This document shows, piece by piece, positions 27,200 through 58,124 of a stretch of 60,000 bases of DNA. This stretch comes from Felis catus (Eukaryota): contig NC_058383.1 in the NCBI RefSeq assembly GCF_018350175.1, positions 18,726,001-18,786,000 of the forward strand, read 5' to 3'. Made by a program: the position numbers and the translations under genes. Numbering within the stretch: the stretch's first letter is position 1; the number at the start of each line of letters is the position of its first letter. Under the pieces are notes generated by a model, which was given only the letters and a program-made list of their open reading frames with translations, was not told the DNA's origin and ran no database searches.

Positions 27200-28080
27200 T
27201 CAACCAAGGTCACCCGCGTCTTCCCTCGCCCGGCTCCGCGGGGGCGGTGTCTGCGAACCCCGCAGCCGCAGGGCCAGACGCTCTAGGCTGCGGCTGGCCT
27301 TGGAAAGGGCCTCCTCATCTCGCTGGTTTCCGGTACCCGGTGGCTACTCTAGCCTGCACCAGGGCCTCGAGACTCTATCCCCTAAGGTGGCTTCTCGTGG
27401 TTGAAGCCTCTTCCTTTGTCCCGACTTTCCTTCGAGAGGCCGCCTGGTGGCATCCACCCCCTGCCCATGATTGCTTTCGGGGTCCCTTTTAGGAGCAAGC
27501 GGAGAAGCCCCTCAGCCGTCCGAGGGTCACCCCCCTCTGAGCACTCGATGGGTTTGCACGGACTAGGAAGGTGGCGGAACTGAGCGTATAGGTGCCCTTC
27601 CCTCTCGCAGCTCTTCTCTATGGTCGCTTCCTTCGGTGACGGGAAAAGGGGTCCCGGCGCCTGCGCAGAAGCGGCCTGGGAGCTAGTCGCGGAGTGCGGG
27701 GGGAGGGGCAGGGAGCGGGAGCTGCCGCCGCCGCCGGAGCTAACCGCGGGGACCGAGATGCAGGTGGGACCGGAACCGGAACCCCCCCTCTTCAAGTACC
27801 TCTTCCCTCGCCGCGACCCGGCCCCGGCGCCTGAGAGGAGCCCTGGGTGGGGGCGGGCGTGGGGGGTGGGGGCAGAGGCAGGAGGGGCGCTCGGCCCCGG
27901 AGAGTGCAGCAGACGGGGCTGGTCCCGAGGCGGCTGCGGCCCCGGGGAATGGGCGGGTCGAGGGTGTCCAGGGAGTAGGGTCGGGTCGGAGTGCATTGAC
28001 CACCGGGCCCAGAGGGTCCGAGCCGGGAGCGGAGCCTGCACCCTCCACCACCCGCCCTTCGGGAAATTTCAGAACTGAGC
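27200..28080 (+). promoter_or_regulatory. SH2B1 proximal CpG-island promoter and 5' exon (donor after 27763)
   Basis: CpG-rich; CCG run followed by ATGCAG|gtggga. Confidence 0.7.
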
Positions 28081-28689
28081 CCAGAGGCAGGTGCACCGGG
28101 GGAATGTGTCTGAGGCTTGCTTGGCAGAAGAGAAACTGAGTCACCAGCTCAGGAGCCGCAGGGTCAGCGGGCCTGAAGGGGGCCGGGTCTGCCAGTGGTG
28201 CAGAGGGTTGGGCGGGCCTGTGTGAGCCGAGGTGGCCACTGCCTGGAGATCGCTCTCCCTGCTGCGTCTGCACCTCTTGGCTCGGTTCCCCTGTGCTCCA
28301 TGACTCTTGCGTCTCCTGGCTTCTCGTTGGTTTGGAATTGTCCCTGTGGTTGGAGCCATCTGAATGTGTAGGATCTAGGCCAAGGAGGAAGGGGAGGGGT
28401 CGCTGGTTGTGGGTCTGAGCAGGAGTCTGAGGTTTGGGGAGACTTTCCTGAGCTGTCCTCCCCGCAGCCCTGGTGCCAGTCATCATCCAACGTAATATGG
28501 GGGAGGAACACTAACAAAGAGCCATGGGTTATAAATGCCAGGCCCAGCTCTGCCACTTGCTAGTTGTAAGAGCTTGGGAAGCCTCTTCCTTTCTCTGATT
28601 TCTCTCTTGGAAAAATTGGAACCCATAAAGATAGTAATAACGGGGCAGGCATTTGTGGTGTGCTTGCTTTCTGCCAAGCCCTGACAGGT

Positions 28690-28865
28690 TCCGTTTGATT
28701 TTCCCCGCGAGTCTAGGAGTTAGGGATCATGAGCTCTGTTTTATAGATACACGCCCGCAGTTCCGAGAGGATATAGGATCTGTTCAAGATCACGCAGCTA
28801 GTAGGTGGCCGAGCTGGGATTTCATCCCAGGTCCAACTCCACGTCCCACAGCCTTAACCACCAGG
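28690..28865. mobile_element. MIR fragment
   Basis: TTTTATAGAT...AAGATCACGCAGCTAGTAGGTGGCCGAGCTGGGATT core. Confidence 0.55.
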
Positions 28866-29741
28866 CTCACCAGCCTTTAGGGCACCCTCCCCAGTGAAAG
28901 AAGAGGAAGTGAGAAACCCTAGGGCCCCAGCTCCCTGTTATGTTTTATTTACTTTGTGGCCAAGAAAGACTTGCCCTGACCCAACCCACAGTCTTCCCCC
29001 GCCTGGTGCTGCCTGGTGCTGCTGCTTCTGGGCCCCAGGCTGAAGGCACAAAGAACTGGGCTGTGGCCATTCCAAGCCTCTGTCACACCGTGCTGGGGTG
29101 CTGGGCCCTGGGGTCCGCTTTCAGGACAGTTCTGGTTTGAGTCCATCATCCATTCCGCCTCTTGACTGAGCAGACTCCCTCCCCAGAGCTGGACCTCAGG
29201 ACGCGCGAGGCAGGGTCTCTAAGTGCTGCAGACCTAGCTCCCTGAGAGCTGGGGCAGGGAGGGGCTGTGACAGGCTGGTCCAGCCAGTCCCTGGGGACGA
29301 GGACTATGCAGTGGGCAAAACCGTAGACTTGGAGTTCTGAGACTTCTCTGAGCTTCGGTTTCCTCACCTATTATCAAGGTTATTAAAGCCTGTTGCAGGG
29401 AAAGGTAAGAACACATGGGAAGCATGTGATAAACCTCGAAGGACCTGTTTTGGAGAAGGGAGGTGGTGTGAGTGGTAACGACTCCTTTTTAGAGGCAGGT
29501 GCTTTGCGGCCGCGTGTCGCTCCTGGAACCAGAACCAGGGGAAGTGGGTTGGGAAGGCAGCGGGGCAGGTGCACCTCCCTCCCCCCGGGGAGCCAGCTGA
29601 ATGGGGTGTGTGGGGTGTGAGGCTCTGGGAAAGGGAAGGGAGGCGGTGTGGTGTGTTCCCCGCTGCTTTCCGAGGAGTCCAGACCAGAGTGGGGAGTCCG
29701 CTCGGGGTGGGGCTCTGCCCCCAGTCCCACCTCAGCAGTGA

Positions 29742-35430
<5,689 letters not shown>

Positions 35431-35815
35431 GACACCCTACCCCGCTCTTTCTCCACTCTTCTTGCTCCCCAGCCCTTAGTTCATGAGATTGGGGCTGGGC
35501 AGAGATGTAGAGGAGCAGTAGGAATCCCCTCCCCACGTGCTTCCTGACCCTTGATGGCCAAGGGCATATATGTTGGTACAAGAAGAGGTTCAAGAGCCCT
35601 GTTAACTCCCCGGTTCGTACACTACAGGTGCCCCATCCCCTGGGCAGGGGATTTGGGCTCCATTACCTCCCTGAGGGGCTCTTATGGTCAGCCCCACCCC
35701 TGGGGGCCTTTTCCCCATTAACCACCCCCCCAGCCCGAGGAAGGGTGAGGGGGAAGGGCTGTCCGTTATATTAAGGTGGTTGTTGTTGTTGTTTTAAACA
35801 AAATGGAGAAGCATA

Positions 35816-35825
35816 AATAAATAAA
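35816..35825 (+). terminator. SH2B1 poly(A) signal
   Basis: Overlapping AATAAA hexamers. Confidence 0.75.
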
Positions 35826-38800
35826 AGGGTTTATCTCAGTTCCGTCGTGATGGCTGTGGCCACTGTTTGCAGCGGGGGCTGGGGCAGGTGGGGCAGGAAA
35901 GCAGCCCACTCGGCGTTGGCCGCTCCAGAGCTGAGAGGCCAGAAGGCTGCGTCAGGTCAAGTCCCTGTTGCCCTCCAGCCCTGTGCTTTCGGCCCATTGC
36001 TCCTCCGTGGGCGGTCCTGTTTGTTGAGCGGTAAGTGCGGAGCCCAATAGTGCTTCTCGGGGTTTGCGGCCAAGTTCTCTTAACGGGGCCGGACAGTGAA
36101 CAGCAGGATCGGCAACCTCCAGGGACCCTTCTTGCTCTAAGTTCTTCAGTTAAGGCTTCCCACCCGAGGGAGAGAGCAGGCAGAGGGAGATCGGGGGGGC
36201 GGGGTTGGGGCACAGTGGCCGTGTTGGGTGCAGAGGGGCCCAGGGCAGGCTGGCTGCTCCCCTTCTCGGGGCCAGGCTGGGAAGCTGGGGGGTAGATGAC
36301 AGAGAGCACTGGCTTTCACTCCTAGCTTTTCCTCTCCTTTGCTGTTTGGCCTAGGCCAGGTGTTAGCCTCTCCAGGCCTCAGTGTCCTCACCTGTAAAAT
36401 GGGAAGTTTCGTTTGGGTTGGAGCTGCTGATCCGATTTGCTTGGCCTGGATCGTGTTTCCATTGGGATTTCACCTACAAGTTCAGATGACTGGCTTCTCC
36501 AGAAAATCAAAAGATCCACCCTCACGTGCTCCTCCGCTCTCTTTCCACATCTGCTCCATCCCTACTGGCCCACTTCACTCACGTGGCCTTCCCAGCCCCG
36601 TGGGCAGGGGTTTGCAACCCCTTTCACTCCTTGCAGCGCCCCCATTAAACCCAGGCTCTGCTCTCTGAGCTGAACTGCAGCCATGGGTTTGCAGCCCTGT
36701 GGGTGGTGGGTGTCCACAAGGAGGGGCCGGGTTCCGAAGAATCCCGCCTGTTGTGCTTCGCCCTCTCCCCTCCTCACCTCCACCCAGCGCTGCCTCTCAC
36801 CTTCCTTCCCCGGGGAAGCAGGGAGCCTACGTTCTCACGCCCCTCAGCCACCGTTCCCCCACCTCCAGGAGGCCCTACCCATGCTTATGACCTTGCTATT
36901 CTGGGCCTTGCGTCCTGTTTGGAGATGGACAGGAGACAGCTGGGCTCACAGGCCACCCAGGCTGGGGGCTAGCTGGGGGAAGCCTGCTGGCTCTCCCAGT
37001 TTTGTCTAATCCCTGGGGCTCCCCCAAACCTTGGCCTCAGGAGACTGGGGATAGACTTGACCTTGCAAAGGAGGGGATGGTATGGACATCTGGGTGCTGT
37101 ATTCTGGAAAGTGAGGTGGTGAGTGAAGGCTGTGGCGCCCCAGGGTAAGCAGGACATGATCCCCTCCTAATCTAGCAGCAACTGGTGCTATGAGGCTCCC
37201 CCTCCCCCTAAACCCCGCCAGCGTCAGGAACCTGCCTTCTGAAGTGGGTGGGGGAGGGGGACAAGGAGCACCCCGCACTCCAGGACCTGCATGTCTTGGC
37301 TGGAAGAGCCTCAGAGACTGTTTCCCTCTAGCCTTGCTATAAGGATGGTTGAGCTGAAGTTTGGGACCGGTCAGGGAGTGGCCAGGCTCTGTGTCCCTGT
37401 CCTTCAGAACCAGGCCTCTCCCATTAGCTTCAGCCCTCATAGGAGGGGAGGCACACCCACAACCGTGGGCTTGGAGACCCCAGCGGGAGGGATCCAAGAG
37501 AACCAGTGCCTTCCGGGTCTGCACCCCCAGGCTCCCTGACGGCCAGCCTTGTGCAGCTCTTGTCGTGTGGCTCTCCCTCTCTGGCTTCAGCTTTCCCTCT
37601 GGGAAGCTGGGGGAGGTAGGAGTCACCTTAAAGGGCCCGGCTGGCAGCAGTGTCCTGTAAAGCCTTCCTCCCTTCGGCCTCCTGCTCTCAACTCCCTCGA
37701 AGCTGCGATCCCTCCAGTCTTCCCCCCCCTTCTCCATGTTTGGGCATTCCTGCTCCTTTAAGACTGTGCCCCTGTCACTTCTCCAGGTGGTGGCGGGGAG
37801 AAGCCAGAGAGCACCAAAAGGCTTGGCAGATGCTGAGCCTGATTCTGGCCTAAGAAGGTGGGTGCTGGGCCAGATGGAGGTGCCTGTGGATGTGACCCCA
37901 CTGTCTGAGCCCCCATCCCCAGGTCACAGCTTAAGGGAGGGGTTTGTTAGAACCATGAAAAGGGGGACAGAAGGAGCACCGTGTCCTCAACTCACCCAGA
38001 AGGCTCCCCTCCCCCCCAAGTCCAGGCAGAGAGGAGAAGTATGGGGGGCTAAATCCTTAAGTGCCAACCACCCCTGCTGGCCAGCCCGCTCCCCCAAAGT
38101 GAGGCTTCTCTTTCCTTTGCTCGCCGTCTCCTCTGTCATTGTCTGCTTAGGAACTTGAGTGCCAGGGAGGGAAGCAGCCTGGAGAACCCTTTCAGTGGCC
38201 TGGACTGCTGACTGTCCATCTTAGGAAGCCGGAGGCCTAGACGCAGGAAGGACTTGAGGCTCCTTCTTCCCTTCCCTGACCTTCCACTGCTACTCTCACT
38301 GAACCTCTCTCCTCTCTCCGCCCTCCTTTCCTCCCCTGCCCACAGCCCAGGCTACCCTCTGCTCCTCCAGCAGCTGCCCTGGTAGCAACCAAAAGACGCC
38401 CCCGTCCTGGAGCAGGGGTGGGGGTGGGGGGCTCAGAGCAGCTGCTTCTATGAGGAAGCTGACACCAAGGCCAGCCGCTCAGCAACAACTTGTGGCTTTG
38501 CACCCAGCCCTGGGCCCCCACCCACCTGGCTGCCGCATGCCAGCTCCCTGCTGTCCCTTTTCCCCATTGCTCCTCAGACTTCCCTCTGACCCGGGCAGCC
38601 CTGTCTCTGTTTCCCCAGCTCTGTTCTGTCCTTATTTCCCCTAGACCTGTCCCCATCGAGCTACCCCCTCCCCATTCCTTCCGTCTGGGACCTCTACCCT
38701 ATCCAGCTTCCCAGCCCCCTTCCCTTGACACCCCTTCCTCCCTCATGCCTCTTCCTGTGGGATGTGCCCGGCACCTGAGCAGCTCTGATCCTCTCTCCCC

Positions 38801-39679
38801 TGGAGGAGATACTTCAGGGTCGGGGGGAGTGCAGACCACACATCATCTGGGGTCTGCCATGTGAGCCCCTTGAATTAAAGAATCCAGTGGGGGATGAGGT
38901 GACCCTCATTCCATGACTGGGGGTGACTCCCGCCCCCAACCTGAAACATTTATCCCTCTCCCTCTGCCATCAGCACATTCTGTAGCCTCTTGGATTACCT
39001 GGCTGTCTGGGTATCCCATTTTCTTGGGGGGGGGATTCCCTATCAGGGATGGGGGGGCCCCCGAAGGCTACATTCCCAGAGGCTGAGTTAGAGCAATGGG
39101 GAGGGGGGGTAGTTTGGGGGAGAGACAGGCAGTCCTGGCTTTGCTCACCAGGGCTTGGACACTAAATCCCTTGTTGATGGCTGCAGCAACCCCTCCCGAG
39201 GGTAGGGTTACCATCTTCTGCCCTGTCCCCTTGACCCTCTCCCCTCCCTACTTCCCCTTGTCCCTCTAGAACCATTTCCTCTGGCCCCCAAAAGGATGTT
39301 GTCCCCCTCTCCAGTCCCCTGAAGGTTGGAGTATCTGCAGACTGGGTGAGGAAGAAGGAGACTGTCACAATAGAAACAGGTTGAGAGCGGGTGGAACGGG
39401 ATGGGGGTCGGGGAAAGAGAAGGGTGGAGGCCTGAGGGTAGAAGTGGGGAAGAACTGGGGGCATGAGTTTGGAACAGGAAGTTCGCTACAACCAAGGAAG
39501 TCCAGGCAATTGGGGGAGGGGTCCGCAGAAGACAGAAAGTGAAGTCTTTCCCTGCCCCCCCCCTTCCCTGGGGCTGGGGCCACCTTAGCTTCCCTCATGA
39601 GTGACATCTCAGGCTGCAGCCCCACTGTTCCCCCTCTGTCAGCAGAAATATCTCTCTTCTGACCCCTCCTGCCGGAGTC

Positions 39680-39770
39680 TTAGCCAGCCAATCCCTGATC
39701 TGGGCGGGGGGAGCCTGGCCCCCCCTACTCCCTCATAAGGACCAGCTGGGGGCTGGGGGGGTGGCCGGCT
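39680..39770 (+). promoter_or_regulatory. ATP2A1 core promoter
   Basis: CCAAT near 39688, GC box, CATAA within CArG-like CCTCATAAGG 39731-39740, E-box CAGCTG near 39743; about 200 nt upstream of the ATG. Confidence 0.6.
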
Positions 39771-39949
39771 GCTGCAAGTGGGACGGGGGTCAGAGCTTCG
39801 TGGAGGGAAGAAAATCCTGGGGGGGGGCAGGAGAGAAAAAACAAGAAACCCAGACAAACAGGCAGTTGGACGCACTGAGGAAGACCCCCAACGCGTGAGA
39901 ACTCCCCAGAAGGAGCACACCGCCCCCTGGCCCCCAGGAAGGGAGCACA

Positions 39950-55071
<15,122 letters not shown>

Positions 55072-55323
55072 TCAGTCCTTTTTGCCCCTTCTTCCCCGCC
55101 CTGATAGTGACGCATCTTCAGGCAGAGCTGTGGCACAGACTCCCACGTGCCCTCCCCGTCCCCCCACCCCCAACGTTTTTCTGTTTATAAACACCATGGT
55201 CCCTTTCACTTTTCCAACCCCCTCAACACCCCACCTTCCCTCCCTCCCGCTCTTGGAAAACCTCCCCTCCCCAACCCCACGGGGCTTGCAGGGACAAGGC
55301 GACGGACTGAGCTGAGCTGCTTA

Positions 55324-55338
55324 TTTATTGAAAATAAA
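55324..55338. terminator. Back-to-back poly(A) signals of RABEP2 (-, 55324-55329) and ATP2A1 (+, 55333-55338)
   Basis: TTTATTgaaAATAAA. Confidence 0.75.
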
Positions 55339-55854
55339 TGACAGAAAAGTCTGGCCTTGCCTCTGTGCACATCTTGGGGCCTGGGTTGGGCCCCTGGGGA
55401 CAAGCATCTTAGTGTCATGCGGTCCAGAGAGCAGCTGCCCGTCCCGGGGTGCACGGGTGGAGGGACCCGCGGCCACGCGCCAGAGGCCCCCAGCTGCCGC
55501 TCACAGCTCGGCTGTGCGTCGGGGAAGCCATGTGGCTATTACTCTGGCTCAGGAGACAGCGGCAGGAGGACCAGGACCCGGGAGGCAGCATGGCAGCCAG
55601 GAGGCCGCAGGGCTAAGCCTGCACCTTTGGTTCCCGGAGGGGGCTGGGACTCCCACCCAGGTGTCATCCTTGGGGGCAGGAGGCCAGCCACCCCTGGGAG
55701 GAGGCGCTAGAGAGACAGGGAAGCGGCGGCCCCGGCACCTCAAGCCTAGGCTTGGAGAGGATGAAGACACTATCCCGAGACCCCCAAAGCCCAGGCCTCT
55801 TGGTTCAGGAGCGGGGAAAGGCAGTCTCCCCCGGGGTGGGTGGGTGCTAGCCCC

Positions 55855-55956
55855 TCAGGTGTCCTTGATGTCCCTGATGTCCCTGAGGGGCGCCTCATCC
55901 ACGATGCTGCGCACTTGCTCCAGACTCTCAGCCTGGCGGATCCGTTCTAGGCGCAC
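55855..55956 (-). CDS. RABEP2: RABEP2 last exon (coding part)
   Basis: VRLERIRQAES...RDIKDT*. Confidence 0.93.
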   Translation of the reverse strand: MRLERIRQAESLEQVRSIVDEAPLRDIRDIKDT

Positions 55957-58084
55957 CTGTGGGGTCCGGCGAGGCAGGAGAAGGGTGCTTGGCGGGGAAA
56001 CGTAGCCCCCGCCCCACCTGCCAGCCCTCCAAGGGACGAGGGCCCGGGACCAGTATACCCAGGCGCCCCATCTTCCCAACCCACAGTGAAAGTGGGTCCA
56101 AGGGAAGAAATGGGTCCTGACAGAGCGGCCTGATGCAGCGCGGGCTGGGCAGGTGGGGCTGACACAATATGCCACACGTGGCATGCCAGGCTCTGGGCCA
56201 AGGACTCCACGTGTCCAAAGACAGACGCGCACGGCCTTCAATTTCTTTTGAGCAATAACTCAGAGGAGAGGAGGACGCCGGCCTCAGGAAGAGGAAGGGA
56301 ACTCCCCTAATTGGAAGGCTGTCCTCGCAGGATCTAGAACAAGCCACCTGGATCATGCCAGCCTGATGGGAAGGGGACACACTGTACCTGCAGGGCCTGG
56401 GACAGTCGTACAAAATCCCTCTGCACCTGTTCACTGGTCTCCAGCTCAGCCTGCAGCCGCAGCACCTTGGCCCTCTGTTCTGAGAGGAGGTCTGTGAGCT
56501 GGGCCTGGGGGGACAGGACGCAGAGCTGGGGCTGGCACCAGATAGGACGGCGTGCGGCCAAGGAAACAAGATGTCTGGACAGGGGTGCCCCTTCCACACC
56601 GTCCCTGACCCTGACCTCTTCTGTGAGGCCGGAGCCCGGTGGCTACCTCGGGGCCTTCCTGCCACCCGGCCTAAAGGCGACAGAAAGGGCGGGAGAGGCC
56701 GGTGGGGGTCTCCGCGCTGCCGCCCCTCCCGCCGTCATGGAGTCTGGCTCCGGAGTCCAGCCTCACCTTGCTCTGTTCCTGCTGGATCCGCTCCATCTCC
56801 GTCCTCAGGCTGCACAGGGAGGCTGGGAAGTCAGGCAGGGGCCGGACGTCAGACCCGCACCCGCCCTGCCCTGCCCGCAACCCCCCCCCCCCCCCCGCCC
56901 GGCCAGGCTCCAGCCCATACTCACCCTCCATCACCTCTGCGTGGAAAGGAAAAAAGAGAGGTCAAGGCTTGTTCTTACGCGGTCTCCTCTCTCTCCCCAA
57001 CTGGTGCCCGGGTGCTCCCCTGTGGGGAGGTCAGCCTCCCTGGGGGCGAGGCCGGGGCGGCTCCCCTCCTCCGCCCTCACCTGTCTCCTCCCGCTGCACC
57101 CTCAGCTGCCCCTCCAGGCTGGCCCTGGCCGCAGTCTCCTCCTCCAGCGCCTCCCGGAGCGTCACAATCTCAATCCGGAGGCGCTCAGCCTCGTGCTCCC
57201 GGGCCTGCTGCTGGGCCCGCGCCTCCTGCCTCGTGTGGTGCACCAGCTGCTGCAGCTCCTGCAAGGGAGGCCGGTCACCTACCCGGCGGCCAGAGGCCAT
57301 AGGGGCCAGCAGCCCGACGGGGACGGGGCGGGGAAGGGGACAAAGGAACGGAGGGAGGGAACTGAAAAGGGGAAAGGACCCCTGTGGCCGCTCCCAAGGA
57401 GAGTGAACAGACAGAGCCGGCAGTGAACACGTTACAGCGGCCACACCGCCAGGGCTGGAGGGACCCGCCGGCGCGGCGCTGAGGGCAGAAAGTTCCCGAA
57501 AATTGCCTAGAGCGGGACACCGTTTTGTAATGCTCAGAAAACAAAAGTTAGCACTGCGCTATTTGGACAGACGCGCATGTAGAACAACAAAAATGATACC
57601 AAAAGAGAGCAAGAGAACGACAGGGGATCCACCAGGACCTCAGAGACACTGAGAGTCCCCCACAGTCCCATGGGGACACCCAGTTGTAGGATTACCCTTA
57701 GTTCAATCAAAGGTCAGGACGGCAGAAACAGAACCCAGGGGTTTACGGGGGCGCACGGAAGGAGATAGAGGCCGTAGCTCTCAGGGTGGGCAAGGGTTCC
57801 GGGTGACCTTCAGGTTCCTAATGAACTCGGTCCACAGAGCCACGCACAGGTCAACGAAGACAGCTTGGTAATAAACCAAGATGACGATGAATTCAGTTTT
57901 GTGGCTCTCGCTTCAAAATAACAAACCAGGGGCGCCTGGGTGGCTCAGCCGGTTAAGCGTCCGACTTCAGCTCAGGTCGTGATCTCACGGTCCGTGAGTT
58001 CGAGCCCCACATCGGGCTCTGTGCTGACAGCTCGGAGCCTGGAGCCTGCTTCAGGTTCTGTGTCTCCCTCTCTCTCTGCCCTCC

Positions 58085-58124
<40 letters not shown>

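Noticed and set aside
56881..56896. Long C/G homopolymers and G-rich tracts as G-quadruplex candidates
   Set aside because: Common throughout this GC-rich region and prone to sequencing error; nothing singles one out.
56467..57426. 319-aa plus-strand ORF antisense to RABEP2
   Set aside because: Antisense mirror of GC-rich coiled-coil exons and introns; stops are scarce because of base composition.
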